A stretch of 64,000 bases of DNA from an uncultured virus (IMG/VR IMGVR_UViG_3300024319_000691) (Duplodnaviria > Heunggongvirae > Uroviricota > Caudoviricetes), in IMG/VR virus record IMGVR_UViG_3300024319_000691. One strand, 5' to 3'. A model generated the notes under the pieces. It did no database searches. It was not told the DNA's origin and saw nothing but the letters and a program-made list of their open reading frames with translations. Both the position numbers and the translations under genes were made by a program. Within the stretch, counting starts at the first letter, position 1. Every line of letters starts with the position of its first letter. Positions 9,040-19,287 of this stretch are shown here, piece after piece.

Positions 9040-10047
9040 ATGAAACCATCAATATTTAAAGAAAGAATAGAATACAAACCGTTTGAATATCCAGTATATT
9101 ATACTGAAGGATGGTTAAAACAAGCACAGGCGTTTTGGTTACATACCGAAATTTCAATGCAAGGCGATGTCAAGGATTGGAATGAAACACTTACAGATTC
9201 TGAAAAGAATTTAGTTGGAAATATTCTTTTGGGGTTTGCACAAACTGAATGTGCAGTTTCAGATTATTGGACAGGGATGGTTACTGATTGGTTTCCTAAA
9301 TGGGAAATCAAACACATGGCAATGTTGTTTGGTTCTCAAGAAACTATTCATGCAACCGCTTACTCTTATTTAAATGAAACATTAGGCCTTGAAGATTTTG
9401 AAGCATTCTTACATGAACCAACAACAGCAGAAAGATTCGATTATTTAATGAATACAGAAGCAGAATATACTCATGAAGACCTTTTGAAAAATCCAACAGC
9501 TAGGAAGGATGTTGCTAGATCTTTAGCAATATTCAGTGCATTTGGAGAAGGAGTTGCATTATACTCTTCATTCGCCGTTCTTTATTCTTTTCAAATGAGA
9601 AATAAACTTAAGGGAATCGGACAACAAATGAAGTGGTCAGTTAGGGATGAATCTCTTCATTCAAAAATGGGTTGTCAATTATTTAACCACATGTGCGAAG
9701 AATATACTGATCTTAGAGATTCAGTTCAATCTCAAGTAGAAGAAGCAGCTAAGTTAATGGTTGAAATGGAAATGAAGTTTATTGATAAGATGTTTGAAAT
9801 GGGAGATTTAGAAAATCTTAAGAAAGAAGATCTTAAAGAATTTATTAAGAAAAGAGCTAATGAAAAATTAGCAGAAATAGGATATCAATCTATCTTTGAA
9901 TACAATGAAGAAAGTGCTTCAGAATTAGATTGGTTCTATCACTTAACAGGTGGACATACACATACGGATTTCTTTGCAGTAAGACCTACTGATTATTCTA
10001 AAGCAGGCGAAGATGAAAACTGGGATGAAGACGATTTGTTTTCATAA
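9040..10047 (+). CDS. nrdB: ribonucleotide reductase class I beta subunit
   Basis: AFWLHTEI, ETIHATAYS, EGVALYSSF, RDESLH, HTDFFA. Confidence 0.95.
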   Translation: MKPSIFKERIEYKPFEYPVYYTEGWLKQAQAFWLHTEISMQGDVKDWNETLTDSEKNLVGNILLGFAQTECAVSDYWTGMVTDWFPKWEIKHMAMLFGSQETIHATAYSYLNETLGLEDFEAFLHEPTTAERFDYLMNTEAEYTHEDLLKNPTARKDVARSLAIFSAFGEGVALYSSFAVLYSFQMRNKLKGIGQQMKWSVRDESLHSKMGCQLFNHMCEEYTDLRDSVQSQVEEAAKLMVEMEMKFIDKMFEMGDLENLKKEDLKEFIKKRANEKLAEIGYQSIFEYNEESASELDWFYHLTGGHTHTDFFAVRPTDYSKAGEDENWDEDDLFS

Positions 10048-10074
10048 CAAATCAATAATTCTAATATAAAATAT

Positions 10075-11925
10075 ATGATGATAAGAAATTACAACGACGC
10101 ACCAAACCCCGAATACAATGAAAAGGGAAAAGAAAGAAACTTCGGAGAATCTGAAGGATGGAAATTAGGAGTAGACTTCCCAGTATGGGCTAATACTGAA
10201 GTTTATGTAAAAACTGTTTCTAAGGGATATTTACTAGAAGGAGAAACTCCAAAGGATGCATACTGGAGAGTATCGACAACAGTTGCACAAAGATTAAGAA
10301 AGCCAGAATTAGCAAGTAAATTCTTTGATTATATGTGGAAAGGATGGTTAAATCTTGCAACTCCAGTTTTTTCAAACACGGGTTCAGAAAGAGGTCTTCC
10401 AATTTCATGTTTCGGTATAGATGTAGCAGATTCAATTCACGATATAGGTTCAAAGAATTTAGAATTAATGTTACTTGCTAAACATGGAGGCGGTGTTGGT
10501 ATCGGAGTAAATCAGATAAGACCGGCAGGAGCAACCATTACAGGAAACGGAACTTCAGACGGAGTAGTTCCATTTATAAAAATTTATGATTCTACTATTT
10601 TAGCAACTAATCAAGGTTCAGTAAGAAGAGGTGCAGCGTCAGTCAATATAGATATAGAACATGATGATTTTTGGGAATGGTTAGAGGTTAGAGAACCTAA
10701 GGGTGATGTAAATAGACAATGTTTAAACGTACATCAATGTATCGTAGTATCTGACGGGTTTATGCAAAAGATCGAGGCTGGAGATAAAGAAGCTCGTAAA
10801 AGATGGGCCGCTGTGATTAGAAAAAGAAGAGCAACAGGAGAACCTTATATAATGTTTAAGGGTAATATCAATAGAATGAATCCGGATGCGTATAAGCAAA
10901 ATGGTTTAAAGGTTTATATGACTAACATCTGTTCTGAGATTACTTTACACACCGATGAAAATCATTCATTTGTATGTTGTTTATCTTCTGTGAATCTTAA
11001 AAGATATGAAGAATGGAAAGATACTGATTTAATCTATACTGCAACTTACTTTTTAGATGGAGTTCTTCAGGAGTTTATTCATAGAGCGAAATATATGAGA
11101 GGCTTTGAAAATGCAGTAAGATCCGCTGAAAAAGGTAGAGCATTAGGTTTAGGAGTTCTCGGATGGCATACTTATTTACAAGATAGAAATATTCCATTCG
11201 ATTCTTTGACAGCTCAATTTGAAACTAGAAAGATATTTTCTCAAATCAAAGTAGAAAGTGAAAGAGCAAGTAGAGATTTAGCTACAGAATTTGGAGAACC
11301 TCTTTGGTGTGTAGGAACTGGAATGAGAAACACACACTTAAGAGCAATTGCTCCTACTGTTTCTAATTCTAAATTAGCAGGAAATGTTTCACCAGGCATT
11401 GAACCATGGGCAGCAAATGTATTTACTGAACAAACTGCAAAAGGAACTTTTATTAGAAAGAACCCTGCACTTGAAAATATGTTAACTAAGATCAAGCAAA
11501 ATAAGAAAACAGTATGGGACAAAATACTAGAAGACGGTGGTTCAGTTCAAGGCGTTGATGTATTAGGAGAATATTGGGTAAAGGAAGGAAGTAGTGATGC
11601 CCCGATTAAGCAAGCCACTTATGACAAATTAACAGATCACGAAAAGGATCTTTATATTTCTGTTAAAGATGTATTTAGAACCTTTAAAGAAATTAATCAA
11701 ATGGAATTAGTTAAACAAGCTGGTGTAAGACAACAATATATTGATCAAGCAGTTTCATTAAATTTAGCTTTTCCTACACAGGCTGAACCTAAATATATTA
11801 ATCAAGTTCATTTAGAAGCTTATAAGCAGGGAATAAAAACTCTTTATTATATGAGAACAGAATCTGTATTAAGAGGAGACATCGCACAGCGAGCAATGGA
11901 AGATTGTTTAGCATGTGATGGATAA
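10075..11925 (+). CDS. nrdA: ribonucleotide reductase class I alpha subunit (no obvious ATP-cone)
   Basis: ATPVFSN, ISCF, GGGVG, QGSVRRGA, TNICSE, AIAPT, KTLYYMR, C-terminal CLAC. Confidence 0.95.
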   Translation: MMIRNYNDAPNPEYNEKGKERNFGESEGWKLGVDFPVWANTEVYVKTVSKGYLLEGETPKDAYWRVSTTVAQRLRKPELASKFFDYMWKGWLNLATPVFSNTGSERGLPISCFGIDVADSIHDIGSKNLELMLLAKHGGGVGIGVNQIRPAGATITGNGTSDGVVPFIKIYDSTILATNQGSVRRGAASVNIDIEHDDFWEWLEVREPKGDVNRQCLNVHQCIVVSDGFMQKIEAGDKEARKRWAAVIRKRRATGEPYIMFKGNINRMNPDAYKQNGLKVYMTNICSEITLHTDENHSFVCCLSSVNLKRYEEWKDTDLIYTATYFLDGVLQEFIHRAKYMRGFENAVRSAEKGRALGLGVLGWHTYLQDRNIPFDSLTAQFETRKIFSQIKVESERASRDLATEFGEPLWCVGTGMRNTHLRAIAPTVSNSKLAGNVSPGIEPWAANVFTEQTAKGTFIRKNPALENMLTKIKQNKKTVWDKILEDGGSVQGVDVLGEYWVKEGSSDAPIKQATYDKLTDHEKDLYISVKDVFRTFKEINQMELVKQAGVRQQYIDQAVSLNLAFPTQAEPKYINQVHLEAYKQGIKTLYYMRTESVLRGDIAQRAMEDCLACDG

Positions 11926-11985
11926 GATTAGTTGTGGTTAAGTCCACTTCTTAGGACCGAGATAGTTCTCGGATCGAGGCCAGGA

Positions 11986-12014
11986 GTTCGCTACTTCCTG
12001 GCCTCACTTTTTTT
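11986..12014 (+). terminator. intrinsic terminator after nrdA
   Basis: 3' arm and T-run of the GAGGCCAGGA...TCCTGGCCTC stem (stem begins at about 11976). Confidence 0.7.
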
Positions 12015-12018
12015 ACTG

Positions 12019-12045
12019 AAACTATTTGTGATTTTTGTGTAGAAT
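12019..12045 (+). promoter_or_regulatory. class 2 promoter AAAC-N17-TAGAAT
   Basis: Motif match upstream of the clamp and polymerase C-half. Confidence 0.6.
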
Positions 12046-12071
12046 AATAAACAAATAAAAATTATACATTC

Positions 12072-12827
12072 ATGAAAATTTCAATCAGTAAGGTCGATTC
12101 AAACAACTTCATCGGCTTCGTTAATAGACTTAAAGTAATTGATTCTTTTGTCTATTTTAAATTAAAAGATGGTGTCGTACAGGCATCCGCTTATTTACCA
12201 CAAAGAGATGCTGTTAAGCATCACAGAATGCCGATTTCTCAAGTTTTTCAAATCGAAGATGGTGAAATCTCTACAGACAAAGAATTAAAGATTGCATTCT
12301 TTGACGCTTCTAAAATAACAGATGCATTCAAACAATTTGACTATGATGCTATTTCAGCTGAAATCGAATTCGTTGAAAACGAAGAAGATTGTGTTGCAAC
12401 TACATTCAAAATATTTAATGATGAATTAGAAATTACACTTGCATGTTCAGAGCCATCTTTAGGTTATAAAGATCTAACTGATGCACAGATTCAAGGTATC
12501 TTTAACACCGAAGCTTCTACTTTTAAATTCGATTTAGATTACACTTCACTTGCAAAGGTAAGAAACCTATTCTCTTTAGATAAAGAAGAAACGTTCTCAA
12601 TAAATGCAAACGGAAATGGTGTAAAGCTTTTAGGAAAAACCTACAACATGTTAGTAACACCAGATTATGACGGTGAATCAGGAACTAACGTTACATTATT
12701 CAAAAAATATCTTAACCTTTTAGATAAAGAAGATTACACTGCCCATGTATTAGACAATAGAGTAGTTCTTAGATCTAATGATTCAGAAACTTTGCTAACG
12801 ATTGCAACTTGCCAAACAGCAGAGTAA
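12072..12827 (+). CDS. probable sliding clamp (gp45-like)
   Basis: 251-aa acidic alpha/beta protein directly upstream of the polymerase; clamp loader present elsewhere; no exact motif. Confidence 0.5.
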   Translation: MKISISKVDSNNFIGFVNRLKVIDSFVYFKLKDGVVQASAYLPQRDAVKHHRMPISQVFQIEDGEISTDKELKIAFFDASKITDAFKQFDYDAISAEIEFVENEEDCVATTFKIFNDELEITLACSEPSLGYKDLTDAQIQGIFNTEASTFKFDLDYTSLAKVRNLFSLDKEETFSINANGNGVKLLGKTYNMLVTPDYDGESGTNVTLFKKYLNLLDKEDYTAHVLDNRVVLRSNDSETLLTIATCQTAE

Positions 12828-12830
12828 TTT

Positions 12831-14030
12831 ATGGATATAAACACACTAATTAACAAGCCCGAAGACGACCTTACGCGGGATGAAATGCAAACCTTGGCGG
12901 ATCACTATCAAACAATGTCCGCCAAGTTTACTGCATACGAACAGGCCGTTAAAGTAACTCTTAACTCGATCTATGGTGCATTTGGTAATAAGTGGTTTCA
13001 CTTTTTTAATATAGACATTGCAGAATCTATTACACTACAAGGACAGAATGCAATTCTATATTCTGAAAAGATTCTTAATAAATATTTTCAAGAGTTTTGG
13101 CCTAAAGATACTGTGGTCCATGAACATTTCAATATTTCTATTAAGAATAAATTAGTAAGACCTTCCGTGGTTTATATTGATACAGATTCATGTTACGTTC
13201 AGTTTGAAGAAATGTATGAATCTATTGAATGGCTAGGAGATAATAAACTACCAATTGATAAGTTTATTATGGAATTATATACGTTCAGAATCAAAGACTA
13301 TATCACGAAATGTATGGCAAAGTATGCCGAAGTTACGAACACAGACAACTTTTTATATTTCGATTTAGAAACAATTGCATATTCAGGAATATGGTTAGCT
13401 AAAAAGAAATATTTACAAGACATTGCATGGGAAGATAAGCTCGAAGTAGACGATAGATACCCTTCTCTTAAGAAGATTAAGACGATTGGATTTGATACTA
13501 TTCAATCTTCTACTCCTACATTAGCAAGAAAGCATTTGACTGAAGCTCTTAAATTGATTTTATCTGAAAAGCCAACTGCAGAGATGTTAAGTAGATTAGT
13601 TTCTTTTTTGAAAACGGCAAAGAAAGAGTTTAAGATGTCTAATGTTGATGAAATAGCTTTCAATAAAAGAACTAATAATATTGAAAAATACATTGTAGAT
13701 GATACGATAGAATTTCAATATGGTTTAAAATGTCCTCCGAACGTCAAGGCAGCAGGATTCTATAACTTCTTAATGAATCAGAATCCAAAATATAAAAACA
13801 AGTATAAAATGATTGGTAATGGCGAAAAGCTAAAATTATATCATTGTAAACATAATGTATGTGAAATGTATGCATATCAACCAGGTGCCCATCCTTATGA
13901 AATTGCACCACAGGTAGATTATGAAACACAATTTGAAAAATCTGTAATAGATCCTATCAATAGAGTATTATCTTCAGTAGGTCTTCAGAGACTAAACAGA
14001 AATCTAATATATTCATCTTCATTATTCTAA
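12831..14030 (+). CDS. family B DNA polymerase, C-terminal part (motifs B, C, thumb)
   Basis: KVTLNSIYG (motif B), SITLQG, YIDTDS (motif C), KKKY, SSTP, C-terminal SSLF clamp-binding-like tail. Confidence 0.92.
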   Translation: MDINTLINKPEDDLTRDEMQTLADHYQTMSAKFTAYEQAVKVTLNSIYGAFGNKWFHFFNIDIAESITLQGQNAILYSEKILNKYFQEFWPKDTVVHEHFNISIKNKLVRPSVVYIDTDSCYVQFEEMYESIEWLGDNKLPIDKFIMELYTFRIKDYITKCMAKYAEVTNTDNFLYFDLETIAYSGIWLAKKKYLQDIAWEDKLEVDDRYPSLKKIKTIGFDTIQSSTPTLARKHLTEALKLILSEKPTAEMLSRLVSFLKTAKKEFKMSNVDEIAFNKRTNNIEKYIVDDTIEFQYGLKCPPNVKAAGFYNFLMNQNPKYKNKYKMIGNGEKLKLYHCKHNVCEMYAYQPGAHPYEIAPQVDYETQFEKSVIDPINRVLSSVGLQRLNRNLIYSSSLF

Positions 14031-14041
14031 AAATAAACAAA

Positions 14042-14218
14042 ATGGATTTTAAAAGTAAAATAATAGAATTGGTTGAACAAACCCCTAATAATTATGAATT
14101 AGGAGATAAGGTAAGAAAAATGATTTGGCCTTTAATTTTTAAAGAAAAAACAATTTCAAATGATCCTAAACAAATTAGTATCTTTGACGAAATAGAAGAA
14201 AGAAAAAACAATGCTTGA
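14042..14218 (+). CDS. small hypothetical protein (58 aa, not in ORF track)
   Basis: MDFKSKIIELVEQTPNNYELGDKVRKM... fills the gap and overlaps next start. Confidence 0.6.
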   Translation: MDFKSKIIELVEQTPNNYELGDKVRKMIWPLIFKEKTISNDPKQISIFDEIEERKNNA

Positions 14219-14399
14219 TCCAAATAATCTTACGGAAGAACAGAATGTATTTGTTGCAAAATACAAAACACTCTATAATAGGCTAGTTTCTCTTCAAGAA
14301 AAAATGGATTCTATGAAAAAGGAATCCGATGTTCTTATTAAAGAACTCGAAACACTAAGAAAACAAGAAAAAAACATATTTAAAAATGGCAAAAAATAA
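14211..14399 (+). CDS. small coiled-coil hypothetical protein
   Basis: 62-aa ORF coupled to uvsX. Confidence 0.6.
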   Translation: MLDPNNLTEEQNVFVAKYKTLYNRLVSLQEKMDSMKKESDVLIKELETLRKQEKNIFKNGKK

Positions 14400-15495
14400 A
14401 GACTTTACATTCGACGATTTAAATAAGCAATTAGCTGATTTAAATCCATTAGGATCTATCATGGAAACTTCAAACTTTTCAAAGGTAACAGATTGGATTC
14501 ACACAGGAAATTATCATTTGAACGCATGTGTATCAGGTTCATTATTTAAAGGATGGCCAAACAATAGATCATCATCTATCGCTGGTCCTTCAGGAACAGG
14601 TAAAACATTCTTAATGTTAAACACAGTTAGAGAAGCTATTGATAAAGGATATAGTGTAATTTATTATGATTCTGAAGCAGCCGTTGATAAGGAACAAATG
14701 GAAAAGTTTGGAATTGATACTTCCAAAGTAAATTACCAACCTACAAATACAGTTCAAGATTTTAGAACTTCTGTAACTACAATTACTAAGAAAATGCAAG
14801 ATGCTAAAAGAGCAGGTGGTGAAGTTCCTAAAGTAATGATTATTTTAGATTCAGCCGGTAACTTAGCGACTGCGAAAGAAATAGCAGATGCAGCAAGTGG
14901 TTCTGACAAATCAGATATGACTAGATCTAAGGTTTTAAAATCTATCTTTAGAATTATAATGACTCCATTAGCAGATCTTAAAATACCTTTCTTATTTACA
15001 AACCATACATACCAATCTCAATCCTTTATTCCAATGCAAATCGCAGGTGGTGGAACAGGACCACAGTATGCAGCATCAATTGTACTGATGTTAAACAAGG
15101 CTCAATTAAAGGACGGAGCTGAAAAAGTAGGTATTATAGTTACGGCTAAACCTGATAAAAATAGATTTGCAAAGCCACATCCTATTAAGTTTCACTTAAA
15201 CTTTACAGAAGGTATGAATCCTTATGTTGGATTAGAACAATATGCTACATGGGATATTTGTGGAATTACTAGAGGAAATATTGTAAAAGGAGAAAAGATT
15301 CCAAAGGCAACAGCAAGAACATGGATATGTAAACACCTAGATCATACTGTTGCGAATAAAGATTTCTTTTCTGAAATGGTATTTACACAAACCGTACTAG
15401 AGCAAATAGAATCGCACATTCAACCTTTGTTTAATTACAACACTGAAATTTCTGAAATTGACGTAGAAGAAATGTTAGAAGATAGTGAAGCATAA
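14386..15495 (+). CDS. uvsX: RecA/UvsX-like recombinase
   Basis: Walker A GPSGTGKT, YYDSE, IILDS, NHTY, GGGTG..YAAS. Confidence 0.9.
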   Translation: MAKNKDFTFDDLNKQLADLNPLGSIMETSNFSKVTDWIHTGNYHLNACVSGSLFKGWPNNRSSSIAGPSGTGKTFLMLNTVREAIDKGYSVIYYDSEAAVDKEQMEKFGIDTSKVNYQPTNTVQDFRTSVTTITKKMQDAKRAGGEVPKVMIILDSAGNLATAKEIADAASGSDKSDMTRSKVLKSIFRIIMTPLADLKIPFLFTNHTYQSQSFIPMQIAGGGTGPQYAASIVLMLNKAQLKDGAEKVGIIVTAKPDKNRFAKPHPIKFHLNFTEGMNPYVGLEQYATWDICGITRGNIVKGEKIPKATARTWICKHLDHTVANKDFFSEMVFTQTVLEQIESHIQPLFNYNTEISEIDVEEMLEDSEA

Positions 15496-15806
15496 TGAAG
15501 TTGAACATAAACAAGATAAACGAAGATAAGCTTCCAATTAAATATATTCTAGGAATACAAGAAGAATTAGAATCTTTTCCCGATGCATTTGACATTATGC
15601 ATATATTTATAACTAGAGCAGTGAGACAGCCTGACAGACAAAAGGCGTCTTTCACCAAACATGCTCTCAATAAATATTTCGCAAAGGGGAAAAATGAAAA
15701 TGTAGAATCCGGATTAAATGAAGCAATTGGTATGGGACTAATAGAACAAACCAATTCGAACGAAGGTAAAGAAGCTTATAAAATATTAATTAACCCATTC
15801 CTATGA
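15495..15806 (+). CDS. hypothetical protein (possible winged helix)
   Basis: 103-aa coupled ORF; C-terminal helix-GLIEQ-strand pattern. Confidence 0.55.
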   Translation: MKLNINKINEDKLPIKYILGIQEELESFPDAFDIMHIFITRAVRQPDRQKASFTKHALNKYFAKGKNENVESGLNEAIGMGLIEQTNSNEGKEAYKILINPFL

Positions 15807-16396
15807 TAACAATTAGAGACAACTTTATTAAAGATGAAAAACTCCTCAGAGATATTGCAAATGATAACACATTTTTTGCAGATCCAGGTGTTTATTACTG
15901 GTGGAAAGGATGGTTCAACGAAGAACCAGGCCATGAACCTACAGTAAAACAAAGGCTTATATCAGCTATTTGGGCAAATGATTGCCCAATATCTGAAGTA
16001 TGGGATATAGCAGGATTTGAATATTGGACAGGTATTCAGTCTGCTAATCCTACATTAGGACATAAGGACAATTTAGGATTTCATTTTGATAAAGATGAAT
16101 CTTGGTTCAAGAAAACCAACGGAGAAGAAATAGTAAGACCTGTAATAGGCACTGTATATTATCCGCCACAGCCTGAGTTTGAAGGAGGAGAATTAATAGT
16201 TCATACTGCAGGAAAGGATAAAGCGCCTGATGTAATTCAAACCCGACCTAATAGATTAATTATATTTAGAGCAGGTGATGATGTCCATGCAGTCGATACG
16301 GTTACTAAGGGAACTAGAAAGGCAATTGCAATTAATTTATGGTCAGATGTACCTTTTGCAAAAACAAATGGTGATTTAGTGGTAGAACAAGTATAA
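15803..16396 (+). CDS. 2OG-Fe(II) oxygenase
   Basis: HFD (HxD), FEGGEL, PNRLIIF, HAV, R..IAINLW. Confidence 0.8.
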   Translation: MITIRDNFIKDEKLLRDIANDNTFFADPGVYYWWKGWFNEEPGHEPTVKQRLISAIWANDCPISEVWDIAGFEYWTGIQSANPTLGHKDNLGFHFDKDESWFKKTNGEEIVRPVIGTVYYPPQPEFEGGELIVHTAGKDKAPDVIQTRPNRLIIFRAGDDVHAVDTVTKGTRKAIAINLWSDVPFAKTNGDLVVEQV

Positions 16397-16406
16397 AAAC
16401 TATAAT

Positions 16407-17720
16407 ATGAAATTTGGACCTGATTTTGAAAAAATATTCTTTAAATTATCTTTACAGAAACCCAAGTATCTAGGAAATATTAAACGAGGATTCTACACCT
16501 CAGAAGATATTGACTTAATACACTTCCTTGCTACTAAGTTCTATGATAAGTTTCATGAAACTCCTTCTAACGAGCAAATGAAACTGCTTATTAAGAATGA
16601 TAAGATTTCAGGAAAGGTTGAAGAGTCTATTATAGATATTGTATATAATGTAGACCTTGACCAATATGACGAAGAATGGTTAACTTCTACAGCCGAAGCA
16701 TGGATTAAATGGCGTAACTTTGATAATACTCTTATAGATACTATCGAGTATATTAAAACAACTGAAGTAACACCGGATAATGCAGACTCGATCATCTCTA
16801 AGGTTAAAACTTTAATTAATGATAGAAACTCTATCGTATTTAACTCTGACCTAGGATTAGACTTCTTTAAACCAGAGGATCACTCTTTCGAAGATGCCGT
16901 TAAAGTATCTACAGGATATAACTTTTTAGATCGAGCCTTAAATGGTGGTTATGATAAAGATGGTTCTTTAGTTGTTTATGTAGGTGAACAGAATATCGGT
17001 AAATCAATTTACCTTGCTAACGATGCCGCTAATTTTGTAAAGATGGGAACAAACACTGCGGTAATCACTGCAGAAATGTCAGCTATTAAATTTATGAAAA
17101 GAATCGGTTCTAATTTACTAAGCATAAATATTTCAGACTACGAAGAAAAATCTAAAAATTCTGATTTGATCAAAAGAAAATTAGAAACAGTAGGAGACGG
17201 CTTTACTCCCCCTGGTCAATTATTTGTAAAACAATTTCCAACATCACAGGCGACTGTTCCAGATATTGAAGCATACTTAAAGCAAATTGAAGAAGAAAGA
17301 AAAATAAAACTAGGTGCAGTAGTTATTGACTATATTAATATTCTTTCTAATTTTAGAAATCCTAATTCTGAAAACACATATCTTAAGATCAAGCAGATTG
17401 CAGAAGATCTTAGAGCAATGGGTGTAAGAAACGGATGGCTAATTGTAACAGCAACACAGATTACAAGAAACGGTTATAATTCAAGCGATATCACAATGAC
17501 AGATGTTGCAGAATCAGCAGGTCTATCACATACTGCAGATATTATGCTTGGTATTATACAAGACGATATGATGAGAGCTAGTTATGAATACTGGCTTAAA
17601 ATATTGAAAATACGAGACGGTGAAGGTAGAGGATCTAAATGTAAATTAGGAATTAACTATAATTACATGAGACTTACAGAGACCGATGAAGTTACTAATT
17701 CTAACATACACAGCTTATAA
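16407..17720 (+). CDS. replicative DNA helicase (gp41/DnaB-like)
   Basis: GEQNIGKS, ITAEMS, VIDYINI, TATQITR, AESAGL..TAD, KIRDG. Confidence 0.92.
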   Translation: MKFGPDFEKIFFKLSLQKPKYLGNIKRGFYTSEDIDLIHFLATKFYDKFHETPSNEQMKLLIKNDKISGKVEESIIDIVYNVDLDQYDEEWLTSTAEAWIKWRNFDNTLIDTIEYIKTTEVTPDNADSIISKVKTLINDRNSIVFNSDLGLDFFKPEDHSFEDAVKVSTGYNFLDRALNGGYDKDGSLVVYVGEQNIGKSIYLANDAANFVKMGTNTAVITAEMSAIKFMKRIGSNLLSINISDYEEKSKNSDLIKRKLETVGDGFTPPGQLFVKQFPTSQATVPDIEAYLKQIEEERKIKLGAVVIDYINILSNFRNPNSENTYLKIKQIAEDLRAMGVRNGWLIVTATQITRNGYNSSDITMTDVAESAGLSHTADIMLGIIQDDMMRASYEYWLKILKIRDGEGRGSKCKLGINYNYMRLTETDEVTNSNIHSL

Positions 17721-17722
17721 TT

Positions 17723-18169
17723 ATGAGAACAAAAAGAGATAAAATATTTGACAACACTTTCGAAGACGGCGGAGACTTTGAACTAAATGGAACTATTTCA
17801 TTTAACCTTAATCCACAATACACGGATAACAGAGACGAAGAAGATAAAATAGAAAGTGAACAAATCAGAAATAAGATTCATGAATTAATAGAGGCTTCAA
17901 GATTTAAGAAGTTTAATGAGGTAGATGAATTTCAGCAGATAACTAAATTAAGAAAATTAGACATAAATGAAGTGTATGGGTTTATGTATGACGAACTAAG
18001 CACAAAGTTTTCTATAATAGATTTATTTTCAGAACTATGCGATTACTTTAATATCAATCCAACTAAATTTTATTCTTCACTAAGTAACAAATATAAGGAA
18101 GCCCTTATTCAAGAACTTGACAAGAAAACAAACGTCTTAAAAAGAAAGAACATAAATAAACTTTTCTAA
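17723..18169 (+). CDS. possible late-transcription coactivator (gp33-like C-terminus)
   Basis: C-terminal IDLFSELCDYFNINP...LSNKYKEALIQE...NVLKR...KL resembles gp33 of T4-like phages. Confidence 0.45.
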   Translation: MRTKRDKIFDNTFEDGGDFELNGTISFNLNPQYTDNRDEEDKIESEQIRNKIHELIEASRFKKFNEVDEFQQITKLRKLDINEVYGFMYDELSTKFSIIDLFSELCDYFNINPTKFYSSLSNKYKEALIQELDKKTNVLKRKNINKLF

Positions 18170-18171
18170 AA

Positions 18172-19287
18172 ATGATAGAGCCAAAGGTATTAGAGAAACC
18201 AGTAAATAGAATCTGGATTCTCGGAGATATGCACCTTGGAGTTCGTTCTAATTCTCTGGAATGGTTACAGACACAGAAAGATTTTTACGAAAACCAATTT
18301 ATTCCAACACTAAAAAGAGATGTCAAAGAAGGCGACATTTTAGTTCAGGTTGGAGACGCATTCGATAATAGACAAAGTATAAACTTAAGAGTTCTGCACT
18401 ATGCAGTAGATCTTTTTGAAAGATTAGGTGAAATTTTGCCAGTTCATGTTATATGCGGTAACCATGATATATGGGCTAAAAAATCCAATGATGTAAGTTC
18501 AATAGATTCTTTAAAGTGGATTCCTAACGTTGCAGTATATAAGGAACCTAGGGAATTTAAATGGGGAGGAAAGAAAGTTCTCTTAATGCCATGGAGAAGA
18601 GATTCCACACATGAAGCAGAAACACTTGCACAATTTCCAAATTCAGATATTGTATTTTGCCATTCTGAAGTTTCAGGAGTTTCTTTAAATTCTAAAGTTA
18701 AAAACCACCATGGAACAGATACTATTTCTTATAAAAACTATGATGCAGTTTATTCAGGACATATTCATTATAGACAAACTAAAGGAAAGTTAAGATTAGT
18801 AGGAACTCCTTACGAATTAACAAGATCTGATTCGGGTAACACTAAGGGCTTTGATATGGTTGATCTAGGAACCATGGAAGAAACCTTTTACGAAAATACT
18901 ATATCACCTAAGTTCGTAAAGTTTTATCTTACAGGTCTTTACAATGTTTCTCTTGGTGAATTTAAAGATAAGATTAGAAATAATTATGTAGATTTATATG
19001 TTCCTTCTAATATTGCAACAACAAGTGCACTGTCAAGATTAATAAACAAAATACAAAAAATAGGTAGAAGAATAGAACCAAACATATATGAATTAGATTC
19101 TTTCTTAGATAAGGACTTATATGATATGGATGAAATAGAAGATCTCTATAAGAACTATAACATTCTACACCTATGTAATACGTTCGTTGATGGTCTTCCA
19201 CATGATGACGAAACTAGAGAAAGAGTTAAGACTAGTTTAAAAAACTTGCATGATAAATGTGCATATAATTACGATAACGAAGCATGA
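18172..19287 (+). CDS. recombination nuclease, Mre11/SbcD-like (gp47)
   Basis: GDMHLG, VGDAFD, GNHD, FCH, SGHIH. Confidence 0.9.
   Translation: MIEPKVLEKPVNRIWILGDMHLGVRSNSLEWLQTQKDFYENQFIPTLKRDVKEGDILVQVGDAFDNRQSINLRVLHYAVDLFERLGEILPVHVICGNHDIWAKKSNDVSSIDSLKWIPNVAVYKEPREFKWGGKKVLLMPWRRDSTHEAETLAQFPNSDIVFCHSEVSGVSLNSKVKNHHGTDTISYKNYDAVYSGHIHYRQTKGKLRLVGTPYELTRSDSGNTKGFDMVDLGTMEETFYENTISPKFVKFYLTGLYNVSLGEFKDKIRNNYVDLYVPSNIATTSALSRLINKIQKIGRRIEPNIYELDSFLDKDLYDMDEIEDLYKNYNILHLCNTFVDGLPHDDETRERVKTSLKNLHDKCAYNYDNEA

Noticed and set aside
11960..12005. tRNA-like element suggested by GTTCG
   Set aside because: No acceptor stem or D-arm geometry; better explained as hairpins plus terminator
8800..12950. 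Split intein or group I intron joining the polymerase halves
   Set aside because: No intein N-terminal C/S block or C-terminal HN motif at the junctions; the intervening DNA is fully occupied by intact genes
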